Shown in pieces: positions 1-8,856 of a DNA stretch of 64,000 bases. The translations under genes and the position numbers were made by a program. Under the pieces are notes generated by a model. That model ran no database searches. It had not been told where the DNA came from and saw only the letters and a list, made by a program, of their open reading frames with translations. This DNA comes from Candidatus Woesearchaeota archaeon (lineage in GTDB: Archaea > Nanobdellota > Nanobdellia > Woesearchaeales > ARS49): contig JAWADY010000002.1 in the NCBI GenBank assembly GCA_038891615.1, positions 64,994-128,993 on the forward strand. The letters run 5' to 3'. Position 1 is the first letter of the stretch. Each line of letters begins with the position of its first letter.

Positions 1-2
1 CA

Positions 3-881
3 ATGTCAAAAAACGTCTTTGCGTTTAAGAAAGCACCGCCAGAATATCCCTACTCCCCATTCCCAAAACCGCCAATATTTCCTTCTGCACCAACATACGG
101 CTATTACGGTGATATAAGTATAGTGACTGAAAAAAGACTTTCTGCGGAGCTGAGCTCATACATAGAATCAAATATCCAAAGCTGCACTGATTGGTCAAGC
201 TTTGCACAGAAAGGGATTGATGTAAAAGTTGGTAAACCATCAGCGGATGTCCTTTTTGGAGACTCTGACACAACAGTCTCGCTTAGGTGGCGAATAGAGG
301 CAAAAAGCGGCCAGGCAGAAGCGGTCATAAACAAATTTGCAGCAAGCATTCCGGTTAGAATGAAGGTTGTACGTAACTATGCTCTCGAGATAGCCTCAAA
401 TGACACCCTTTACTATGACTATGAGCCTAGCAGTGCTCCAGCAGTCCAGGTTTTCAAAAGGGTTGATGGCAAAAGCGACATAATTCAAATCACAGATACG
501 CTTTCAAAAGTTGACACAAAACCGTTTATCTTCAGGTTTGCAAGAAAGAATAGGCCTCCTGTGCTTTTCGATTCTGATATTAAATTGCGATTTAATGAAA
601 TTTTTGCTTGCCCAGGCGATGTTATAAGTTTTGATGGCAAGACATTCAAAATAACTAAACAAAATGGTGACATTCGCTTTTCTTTTGCACCAAATGCAAC
701 AGATTTTGATGAAGATTCTAGTTTATCATTTAATGTTTCTGATAGAGGTGGTGAGCCCTTTCCTTTAAGCACAACTCAGCAAATGGCAAATATTGGTAAA
801 AGAGAACTAAGAATAGAAGTCAGTGATGGTCTTGAAAAAGATTGGTATGATGCAAGCCTGACTTTAAAAACAAAATGTTAA
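3..881 (+). CDS. 5'-truncated secreted/extracellular protein of unknown function; stop overlaps the start of the giant downstream gene (ATGTTAA)
   Basis: Open frame enters from the window edge, 292 aa, no TM in the visible part. The 7-nt overlap with the 875 ATG suggests translational coupling. No recognisable family. Confidence 0.45.
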   Translation: MSKNVFAFKKAPPEYPYSPFPKPPIFPSAPTYGYYGDISIVTEKRLSAELSSYIESNIQSCTDWSSFAQKGIDVKVGKPSADVLFGDSDTTVSLRWRIEAKSGQAEAVINKFAASIPVRMKVVRNYALEIASNDTLYYDYEPSSAPAVQVFKRVDGKSDIIQITDTLSKVDTKPFIFRFARKNRPPVLFDSDIKLRFNEIFACPGDVISFDGKTFKITKQNGDIRFSFAPNATDFDEDSSLSFNVSDRGGEPFPLSTTQQMANIGKRELRIEVSDGLEKDWYDASLTLKTKC

Positions 882-3800
882 GAAAAGAAGTTATTGGAAT
901 CTTTGTAGTGCTGTTCTTCGTAGTAATTGGAATCGCGGTCATTGCACAGGAAGAAAAAACAGGTTGTTGTTGTGATGAAAATGGAACTGCAATGGATTAC
1001 AGTCCTTTCCATACCCAAAATGAGTGCACTGATCCATTCACCATTCTTGTTCCACTTTCTTCAGAAAACATAAGCAAGTATACTCCTGACAACATCTCAA
1101 AAATATGTATAGACGCTTGTGGTGGTGCAGCCCCTAAGCCTTTACCATTGCCACTTGCTCCAAAAATAACTTTTTTTAAAGCAGAACCGTTGATGGGCCA
1201 AAAGAAATTTTTGCTCACCTGGGAGATAAATCAAACACCAAATGTCATCTATATAGACAGGTGCAAAGGAAATGACTGCACTAATTTTGGCAACATTGCA
1301 ACCTTTGCTGGAACCTCAAGGTCTTATGTCGATGATGATGCAAGCCTTGAGTGGCTAACAAATTACACCTACAGGTTGAGGATTGTCAATACAATTACAA
1401 GCCCACCACAAGAATCAAGCATGACAGCATCCTCAAGCCTTGGCGACATTGAGTGCTGGAATCGATTCGACAAAACTCCTTTCTGCATTTCAGAGTACTA
1501 CTATTGGAATGAGCCTATTCAGAGCTATCTCAAGAATTTTGGCTATTTTGGTTTCAGTTTCACTGATAATTTTGCAAGACAGGTGCGGACTGTTTTTGGA
1601 GTAACAAATCTTGACCACATAGGAAAGCTCGACTCAAGATGTCATGTGGTTGGCATAAACAGACTCAGTCAGTCTTCCTCAAGGTGCAAGAGCAACGAGA
1701 CTTGCCTTGTTGTGGATTCAAACACAATCTGCATAACCCCTTCACCTTGCGATACAAGCTTTAATGCAACCTCTGCTTCTTGTGAAAACACCCCTTCAGG
1801 TACTCCAAGCTATTGTTTCTCTGATAAGAGCCAAAGTGTTATTGAGCGCTGCTACAGTTGTGATAAAAGGATGAGCTGCTATGACTATCGTTCAAAAGAG
1901 GCCTGTGAGAGGGATGCATGCGGAATTGGAGATTGTATATGGAAGCCAACTTATGGAGCAATTGGAGTTGGAGTTTGCATCAATCCTTCTCAAAACAACT
2001 GTCTGCTTTGTGACAAGAAAACAGGAGACCTTCTTTCAGGCTTGGATTCAAAAAAATGGCCTAGTCTTTTGGCTTATAATGAGCTTTTTGACGCCTGCTC
2101 ACAGCTAAAGGCAGAAGCTCTTGGCAAATGCCTTGCCGTGACAGACCCTTCAACAGGAAAAACTTCTCCAAAGACTTGCGAACAAGCAACCTGCAGCGAT
2201 TATAAAACTCAGCAAGAATGTAATGCCGACACTTGTGGGTTGGGAATATGCAAATGGTTTGACTCACCCACCTTCCGCGGCTGTGCAAAGGATGCTGACA
2301 CCCCTCCTCAAGCCCCTGCAACAGATAGTGATGGTGATGGTATTCCTGATTGGTGGGAAATCAAGTATGGTTTGAATCCTAACAATCGTGATGATGCTGG
2401 TAGTGATTCTGATGGTGATGGCTTGAGCAATTTGGATGAATGGTTGCGTGGGACCCTTCCAAACAATCCTGATAGTGATGGTGATGGTGTCTCTGATCTT
2501 AATGATAATTGCCCTGGTACTCCTTCAAACACTTTTCAAGTTGATAGCAATGGGTGCCCTCTTCCTGTTAGTGATACCACTGATTCTGATGATGATGGTA
2601 TTCCTGATTGGTGGGAAAGAAAGTATGGTTTGAATCCTAACAATCCTGCTGATGCTGGTAGTGATTCTGATGGTGATGGCTTGAGCAATTTGGATGAATG
2701 GTTGCGTGGGACTCTTCCTAACAATCCTGATAGTGATGGTGATGGTGTTTCTGATCTTAATGATCAACATCCTGGTACTCCTTCAAACACTCAAGTTGAT
2801 AGCAATGGGCGCCCACCTCAAGGCAATGGCAAGCCGGATTGCATTGATCCAAACACAGGTGAAATAGATCCTGCGTGCGAAGCAGACAAGTGGTCACCTG
2901 AAACAGTCATTATCCCTGTGGGTGACAGAGGGGCTGTAAAATACCTATACATACAAATTACTGACCAGTTCAAAAGCACAGGTGAAAAATTAACTATTGC
3001 GCACTCTGGAACTGGAACAAAGGCAGAGTACTTTCCTAAAGGCTACAGCACTTTTCTTTGCGTTGGTAGCCTTTGCTCACCAAATGTTCGTGTGAACGCA
3101 ACTCCCTTGACTGTTGTAAATGGCTTCTTGACAATAAATGGTAAGCCTCTTGGACTGCAGCTTAAGGATGGTTCCAACATCTTAAGATTCTACTCACAAG
3201 ACCCTGCAAATAATAATGAACAAGTTAAGCAGCTAGAGGTGAATGCCTGCACAGGCTGTCAGGGACCTGCTCTCATTACTCCAATTGATATCGAAGGCGC
3301 AAGAATTGTAAATGGTGAGTATTATACAAAGCTAACACAGCCGCAAATAAAGCTATCCTTTGATGCAAAGGCAGAACTTGTTTTAAAGAGGCTTGTTTTT
3401 GGCAATTCTTTTACTGAGCTTAGCTCAAGCCCACAATCCGGCTTCAGCCAAAACTACACATTACTACCTCCTGAGCTAGCAGAAGCAAAGTATGTTCTGC
3501 AAATAAATGCTCGTGGAGAAAATGGAATCTCGAGCTCTAATACGCCTTACAGCTTCAATTTGACGATAGACAAAACCCCGCCACTCCTTTCATTCAATGT
3601 TGAACAAAACAGCATCTTAGAAAACCCAGACCAGTCTTTTGTGCTTAGCTTTAATGAGCCTGTCTTTGTTACTTCCATTTTTTTCGATGAAGAGCATGTT
3701 GCTCAAAATGGTCGCAAGTATGTTTTTACAAGAAATCTAACCTCTGAACTCAAGCAAGTGAATAGCAGCAAATATAACCTAACTGTTAATGGAATTCCTG

Positions 3801-6355
3801 ATGGGCATGTTGCGCTAAGAGTTACAGCAGAGGATTATGCCGGAAATACAATGGCTTCTGTGCTAAACTTTATTATTGACTCAACAGGCCCGGTCATTTC
3901 TCTGGCACAACCACTATTCGGAATTTCTGACAAGACACCATTTGACATTGTCGTTGAAACAGACCAGCCAGCTATCTGCAGATATTCAACAATTCAAAAT
4001 GTTGACACTGCGAGCATAAGCTATGATGCAATGGCAAAGTTCTACATACCTGAAAAACAAACCGCACAGCACATCATACAAGGCTTTGACGAGCTCACAG
4101 GAAAGCCAGAAAACACGCCCTGGAGGTTCTATGTTGTTTGCAAGGATGGCAAGCAACGCCAGTCTAACGAAACCTTCTGGCTGTCCGTTGATTCTGCTCC
4201 TCCAAAAATAACAGCTGCTTATGCAGAACCAAATCCAATCGTTGAGTACACAGACAGTGAGCTGCTAACAACACTGAAAGTCTCAACAGAACGCAGCTCC
4301 TTCTGCAGTTACAGCACAACAACCACGAGCTTTAGCCCTGAAAATGGTTTTGAAGGGACAGGCATAACTCCAAGGCAAGCGCACAATGCTGTGGTTAAAA
4401 TAACCACTTCTCCGACAACTTATAACATCGCTTGCATTTCACCAACCGATTATGGCAAAGCTGCGCCAAGAACAGCAACAGCAACAATAAAAATCACTGT
4501 TGACGTTGCAGCACCACTAACCATTTCCTGCAGCTATTGCCCTTCATTCTGGAATTCTACCACAAAAAACATATACCTGACCACAAACAAGCGCGCGCAA
4601 TGCTTCTGGACACTTGACAAGACAACCACTTCTTTTGGTACAGTTGGATATGAGCACAGCACCACTCTGAAAGTGCCATCTCTTGGCGAGAAAAAAGTGC
4701 TCTTTAGCTGCAATGCAGGCGCCCAAAGTGCAACCCTTGAGTATTCATTTCTTGTAGACAACAGCCCTCCTGTAATGCTCTATGTTAGTGATAACTCAAG
4801 CCTTAAAGAAGATACAGAGCATAGCTATTTCACAGATAGGTTAAGGGCAGCATGGCTCGGGCAGGATAATGAAAGTGGAATAACACGGTATTATTACTCT
4901 TTAATCGAAAAGGCAAACAACGCTGTTGTGATAAATTGTTCACCTGGCTCTCAACAAAACAATTGCCGATTCTCAACAGTACTTGATGGAAATTTCTTTG
5001 ACATTACGCAGGACCATAATGGAAAGTCGCTCAATTTAACAGACGGCTTTAGTTATTTCTTGAAGGTTTGGCCCCTAAATAGGGTTGGTCTTCTTGGAAA
5101 TCCAATGGACTCGGATGGAGTTGTAATAAACAAAAGCAAAAAGCCAGCTCACTGCAGCGATGGAATAACAAATGAAGGCGAATCAGGGCAGGACTGTGGT
5201 GGAGAGTGCGAGCCTTGTCCTGATGGTCAGCCTTGTAGGTCTGATTCGGACTGTCTCTCAAAAACCTGTATAGAAGGTTCGTGCAAGGCTCCGAGCTGTA
5301 CAGATTTAAGAAAGAATGGTAATGAAAGCTCAATCGATTGTGGTGGGAGCTGTCCAACAAAGTGCGAAGCTGGTAAAAGTTGTAACACTGACAGCGATTG
5401 CAAAACAGGACTAAGCTGTATATCTGGTGCATGCGCAGAACCAACAGCTTGCGAGAATGGTATACTTGATGGGCTTGAAACAGACATTGACTGCGGAAGG
5501 GTTTGTCCAACAAAATGCGCAGCTGGAAAGGGCTGTCTTGATAATAAAGATTGCGCTGATGGGCTATATTGTGTTAGTGGTGTTTGTTCTTCAACAACTC
5601 CAACCGCTGATTCTGATGGTGATGGTGTCACTAATGATCTTGACCAGTGCCCAAACACTCCGAAAGGTGAAAAAGTAGATAAAAACGGTTGTTCAGCAAG
5701 CCAGCGTGACACCGATGGAGATGGCATGAATGATGCTTGGGAGATACGCTATGGCTTTGATCCTGAGAATCCTGCTGATGCTTATACAGATGTCGATGCT
5801 GATGGCCTTAGTAATCTTGAGGAATTCAAGTTAGGAACTGATCCAAGAAACCCAGATACTGATGGTGATGGTTGGAGTGATGGGGCTGAGTTCAAGGCAG
5901 GAACAGACCCTCTAGACCCTGCCTCAAAGCCATCCGCCCCTATTGTGAGAGCTTTGCCATGGCTGTTGCTTGTTGCAATCCTTGCCATAGCCGGTTACGC
6001 AGCTTACAAGTACAGGAAGCAAATTGCTGCAATTTTTGTAAGGAAAAAGGTAATTCCTTTGCCAAAGCCGCCTGTGGTGTGGAGACCGCCACCAAGGCCT
6101 GTCCAAAGAGTTGTGCGTGTTCCAACAAGAGCAGAGTTAATCATTGAACAGCTTAGAAAGATTGCCCGAGCTACAAAGGCTGAAGAAGAGGAATACATTC
6201 CTGTAGAAGAGCTTGCCAGAAGGGCAGCTGCGCTAGAGCCAACAGAAGAAGTACTTAAGCATCTAAAGGCAGCAGTAAGAAAAAGCCCTGAGTTTGCAAG
6301 GGCTGCAGCTGCCCAGCCAAAGCTCAGAGCGATGCTCAAGAAAAAATCAAAATGA
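875..6355 (+). CDS. Giant (1826 aa) membrane-anchored surface protein/adhesin with thrombospondin type-3-like Ca-binding repeats (DxDxDG), Cys-rich modules, a C-terminal TM helix and a roughly 130-aa charged cytoplasmic tail
   Basis: N-terminal hydrophobic signal/anchor (IGIFVVLFFVVIGIAVIA). Repeated DSDGDG(I/L/V)xD...WE..YGLNPNN motifs. Four roughly 43-aa 6-Cys modules (CxDGxxNGxExxxDCGGxCxxCxxGxxCxxDxDC...C..GxC). TM ALPWLLLVAILAIAGYAAY near the C-terminus, followed by a Pro-rich then helical K/E-rich tail. Confidence 0.8.
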   Translation: MLRKEVIGIFVVLFFVVIGIAVIAQEEKTGCCCDENGTAMDYSPFHTQNECTDPFTILVPLSSENISKYTPDNISKICIDACGGAAPKPLPLPLAPKITFFKAEPLMGQKKFLLTWEINQTPNVIYIDRCKGNDCTNFGNIATFAGTSRSYVDDDASLEWLTNYTYRLRIVNTITSPPQESSMTASSSLGDIECWNRFDKTPFCISEYYYWNEPIQSYLKNFGYFGFSFTDNFARQVRTVFGVTNLDHIGKLDSRCHVVGINRLSQSSSRCKSNETCLVVDSNTICITPSPCDTSFNATSASCENTPSGTPSYCFSDKSQSVIERCYSCDKRMSCYDYRSKEACERDACGIGDCIWKPTYGAIGVGVCINPSQNNCLLCDKKTGDLLSGLDSKKWPSLLAYNELFDACSQLKAEALGKCLAVTDPSTGKTSPKTCEQATCSDYKTQQECNADTCGLGICKWFDSPTFRGCAKDADTPPQAPATDSDGDGIPDWWEIKYGLNPNNRDDAGSDSDGDGLSNLDEWLRGTLPNNPDSDGDGVSDLNDNCPGTPSNTFQVDSNGCPLPVSDTTDSDDDGIPDWWERKYGLNPNNPADAGSDSDGDGLSNLDEWLRGTLPNNPDSDGDGVSDLNDQHPGTPSNTQVDSNGRPPQGNGKPDCIDPNTGEIDPACEADKWSPETVIIPVGDRGAVKYLYIQITDQFKSTGEKLTIAHSGTGTKAEYFPKGYSTFLCVGSLCSPNVRVNATPLTVVNGFLTINGKPLGLQLKDGSNILRFYSQDPANNNEQVKQLEVNACTGCQGPALITPIDIEGARIVNGEYYTKLTQPQIKLSFDAKAELVLKRLVFGNSFTELSSSPQSGFSQNYTLLPPELAEAKYVLQINARGENGISSSNTPYSFNLTIDKTPPLLSFNVEQNSILENPDQSFVLSFNEPVFVTSIFFDEEHVAQNGRKYVFTRNLTSELKQVNSSKYNLTVNGIPDGHVALRVTAEDYAGNTMASVLNFIIDSTGPVISLAQPLFGISDKTPFDIVVETDQPAICRYSTIQNVDTASISYDAMAKFYIPEKQTAQHIIQGFDELTGKPENTPWRFYVVCKDGKQRQSNETFWLSVDSAPPKITAAYAEPNPIVEYTDSELLTTLKVSTERSSFCSYSTTTTSFSPENGFEGTGITPRQAHNAVVKITTSPTTYNIACISPTDYGKAAPRTATATIKITVDVAAPLTISCSYCPSFWNSTTKNIYLTTNKRAQCFWTLDKTTTSFGTVGYEHSTTLKVPSLGEKKVLFSCNAGAQSATLEYSFLVDNSPPVMLYVSDNSSLKEDTEHSYFTDRLRAAWLGQDNESGITRYYYSLIEKANNAVVINCSPGSQQNNCRFSTVLDGNFFDITQDHNGKSLNLTDGFSYFLKVWPLNRVGLLGNPMDSDGVVINKSKKPAHCSDGITNEGESGQDCGGECEPCPDGQPCRSDSDCLSKTCIEGSCKAPSCTDLRKNGNESSIDCGGSCPTKCEAGKSCNTDSDCKTGLSCISGACAEPTACENGILDGLETDIDCGRVCPTKCAAGKGCLDNKDCADGLYCVSGVCSSTTPTADSDGDGVTNDLDQCPNTPKGEKVDKNGCSASQRDTDGDGMNDAWEIRYGFDPENPADAYTDVDADGLSNLEEFKLGTDPRNPDTDGDGWSDGAEFKAGTDPLDPASKPSAPIVRALPWLLLVAILAIAGYAAYKYRKQIAAIFVRKKVIPLPKPPVVWRPPPRPVQRVVRVPTRAELIIEQLRKIARATKAEEEEYIPVEELARRAAALEPTEEVLKHLKAAVRKSPEFARAAAAQPKLRAMLKKKSK
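2324..2830 (+). repeat. Near-perfect tandem duplication (2 x 258 bp) inside the giant surface-protein gene, encoding two almost identical 86-aa TSP3-like units
   Basis: DNA units starting at about 2324 and about 2582 are nearly identical (gattctgatggtgatggcttgagcaatttggatgaatggttgcgtggga... in both). The protein units differ at only a few residues. Confidence 0.85.
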
Positions 6356-6852
6356 GACTTGGCCAAATAGTTGGGCAAATATTTCTTTTCTTGTTGGCAA
6401 CAATTGTTTTTGTTTTTATAGTTGTTTATGGCTATCGCGCAATAGGCAACCTTGTTGCAAAAGGTGAGCAAGCAGACCTAGTGCGATTCAACAGCGAGCT
6501 CAGTTCCGCAGTTAGTGCTATATCCCTTGACTATGGCAGCGTGCGTTGCCTAGAGCTCAGCCTTCCAAAAAGATATAGAACCTTTTGTTTTGTCGGGCAG
6601 GAGCCTGACATAGGCGCACTTTCCTTGGTCAGCCCATTAATTGCAAGTGCTGTCCAGTCAGGGATTAAGCAAAATGTTTTTTTAATCCCCCCTTCACCGC
6701 TTCAACTATATCTAGAAAAGGCAACGACAAAAGCAGAGGGAGGATTTTTTTGCATAAATACAAGCGGACCAACAAATCGCTTGCTACTCAGGCTTGAAGG
6801 TGGCGCAGGAGGAATTGCAGAGCTACAAAAATGGCAAGGAGCAAGCTGTTAA
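6352..6852 (+). CDS. Pilin-like protein with class III (type IV pilin-type) signal peptide
   Basis: N-terminus MRLG|QIVGQIFLFLLATIVFVFIVVYG: short basic segment, G at -1, Q at +1, then a roughly 20-aa hydrophobic helix. Lies directly downstream of the giant gene. Confidence 0.55.
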   Translation: MRLGQIVGQIFLFLLATIVFVFIVVYGYRAIGNLVAKGEQADLVRFNSELSSAVSAISLDYGSVRCLELSLPKRYRTFCFVGQEPDIGALSLVSPLIASAVQSGIKQNVFLIPPSPLQLYLEKATTKAEGGFFCINTSGPTNRLLLRLEGGAGGIAELQKWQGASC

Positions 6853-7820
6853 TTCCAAAGCACAGAAAAGGCCAGATAGAAGCGCCAGTAAGTTGGATAT
6901 TCATACTTATTGCAGGAGCTGTAATCCTTCTTTTTTTCTTTTCAACAACCATTAAGTTGCGTGACATTGCAAAACAAAAGCTTTCAATAACCCTTTTGTC
7001 AAACTTAGATGCACTCATCTCTAGCTCATCCGTTGCAAAAGGTACAAGCCAGCTGCTGCCGATTTATGACCAGCAACTTGTTTTTGAATGTACACAGGCT
7101 TGTCTTTGCGAGCTTTCAGTCCTTGGCGCAAAAAAGCCATTTAAAGACAGGCTGATTTTTGCTCAGCAAAAGGTTTTTGGAAGAAATGCGCTATTTTGGG
7201 CTCTTGACTGGAAGGAGCCATTCAGGATTGCTAATTTTCTTTACATAACAGACAGCTCAAGCAAATATTGGTTGGTTGGGGATTCGAGCAGCGAACCACT
7301 TAAGACAATAAAGTTCCTCCTTCCTAAGAATCTTAGTGCGGAGTTCGTAGACTCCACCCAAAACATCAAGCCAGGAAATTTCAAGAAAAGCAGGATTGTT
7401 CTTTTTGACAAAGCACTGGATGAAAGCCTTGCAGATAGTTTTCCCAAAGCATCTGAGCTAACATTACTTGTTGTCAACACCCAGAACAAAGAGCTTAAGT
7501 GGTACAAGAGAAAAGGTAGCAAGCTGGAAGTGCTGTCAAATGAAGGGGCGGATAACTACAAAAGCATTCCCCATCTTTTGGGAGCAATTTTTAGTGACGA
7601 GCCGCAGCTTTACGCCTGCCAACAAGCAGCTTCTGAGGACAGGAAAGCGGCCATAAAAGAAATCTATGTTGCACGTGTGCAAAAATTGATGCAAATTGTG
7701 CCAGAAGAACGTGGTTGCAGCGCGCTTTACGAAGAGACGTTCAAAAACATTAACGCTCCTGAGGCGCTTGAGGAGATTAATGAGGAATTGCTAAAAAAGA
7801 GTTGTCCAACAATATACTAA
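6831..7820 (+). CDS. Pilin-like protein with class III signal peptide (329 aa)
   Basis: N-terminus ...KHRKG|QIEAPVSWIFILIAGAVILLFFF. Overlaps the upstream gene by 22 nt. Confidence 0.55.
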   Translation: MARSKLLIPKHRKGQIEAPVSWIFILIAGAVILLFFFSTTIKLRDIAKQKLSITLLSNLDALISSSSVAKGTSQLLPIYDQQLVFECTQACLCELSVLGAKKPFKDRLIFAQQKVFGRNALFWALDWKEPFRIANFLYITDSSSKYWLVGDSSSEPLKTIKFLLPKNLSAEFVDSTQNIKPGNFKKSRIVLFDKALDESLADSFPKASELTLLVVNTQNKELKWYKRKGSKLEVLSNEGADNYKSIPHLLGAIFSDEPQLYACQQAASEDRKAAIKEIYVARVQKLMQIVPEERGCSALYEETFKNINAPEALEEINEELLKKSCPTIY

Positions 7821-7821
7821 A

Positions 7822-8352
7822 ATGGCAAACAATGCATCTCCAAGCAAAAAGGCTCAGATAAAGATGTTTGAGAATATCGCTGTCCTCGTGATATTCTTTT
7901 TTCTTCTGGCTTTTGGTACAAGCTTTTACTTTACACTTCAAAAAAGTTCCCTTCAGCGTGAAATGGAACGCATTGCGCAGCTTGGAAACATTCAGCAGGC
8001 GCTTAGGCTTACATTCTTACCAGAGCTTGACTGCTCATTTGCTGCTGTACAAACTGAAAATTGTTTTGACAGGCTTAAGTTTGATGCTCTTGCAGATCAG
8101 CTTAAACCAGGTAGCCAGCGATGGCTTGAGTACTCTGCAATCCTTGGTTTTACTAGTATAAAACTAAAGACTGTTTATTCCAGCCTCTCTCCCCCGCCTG
8201 AAGAGAAACTTCTGTACGAAAGAAAGCTGAACGCAACTGCAATTCGCACAGAGATTCCTGTCTTGATTTGTGAAAACGGTTGCGACCCGCTAAATCAAAG
8301 CTATTCCTTCGGCATCCTTGAGGTGACAAGCTATGTTAGAAGGGCAACCTGA
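7822..8352 (+). CDS. Pilin-like protein with class III signal peptide (176 aa)
   Basis: N-terminus ...SKKA|QIKMFENIAVLVIFFFLLAFG. Start lies 2 nt after the upstream stop. Confidence 0.55.
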   Translation: MANNASPSKKAQIKMFENIAVLVIFFFLLAFGTSFYFTLQKSSLQREMERIAQLGNIQQALRLTFLPELDCSFAAVQTENCFDRLKFDALADQLKPGSQRWLEYSAILGFTSIKLKTVYSSLSPPPEEKLLYERKLNATAIRTEIPVLICENGCDPLNQSYSFGILEVTSYVRRAT

Positions 8353-8854
8353 TGGCATTGCTGTGTTGAAGGGATTAAAGAGAGCAAAAGGCGGGCAAAT
8401 GGAAATAATTGGTCTAACAATCATCATTCTTCTTGTTATAATTGGGGTGCTTTTTGGAATACAGTTTGTGCTCAAGGCAAAGCCGCCCACAATTGGACGA
8501 GAGTTTAGGGAATCGCAGTACGCAGCCAACTTCCTAAGCACTCTTACAGGTACAACAAGCGCATGTAATGGTTTGAGCATCACACAACTTTTACAGAACT
8601 GCGTGACAAGGACAGGGATTGACTGTCCATCAGGAAAGGGTGCTTGTGAGGAGGTTGAGGCTCTTATAGAAACAATCCTTGATAAAACAATTGGCAAGTC
8701 GGGACAAAACAGAGCATACCAACTTATGGTAAAAGGCAGCAACATTGACATTACTAAGTCTAATCGGGGAGGATGTCCGGGCGAAAAAGAGGTTGCAGAA
8801 CACACACTTCCAACAAGAGCTGGAGTAGTTTCTATACGCCTCGAGTTGTGCTAA
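8333..8854 (+). CDS. Pilin-like protein with class III signal peptide (173 aa)
   Basis: GAGGTGA Shine-Dalgarno 8 nt upstream of the ATG. N-terminus ...KRAKGG|QMEIIGLTIIILLVIIGVLFG. C-terminal part has 4 Cys. Confidence 0.5.
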   Translation: MLEGQPDGIAVLKGLKRAKGGQMEIIGLTIIILLVIIGVLFGIQFVLKAKPPTIGREFRESQYAANFLSTLTGTTSACNGLSITQLLQNCVTRTGIDCPSGKGACEEVEALIETILDKTIGKSGQNRAYQLMVKGSNIDITKSNRGGCPGEKEVAEHTLPTRAGVVSIRLELC

Positions 8855-8856
8855 AA

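Noticed and set aside
5227-6471. Several minus-strand ORFs (154-166 aa) inside the giant surface-protein gene
   Set aside because: Antisense to a long, motif-rich, repeat-containing CDS. Their composition (S/P/L/Q-rich) is typical of shadow ORFs.
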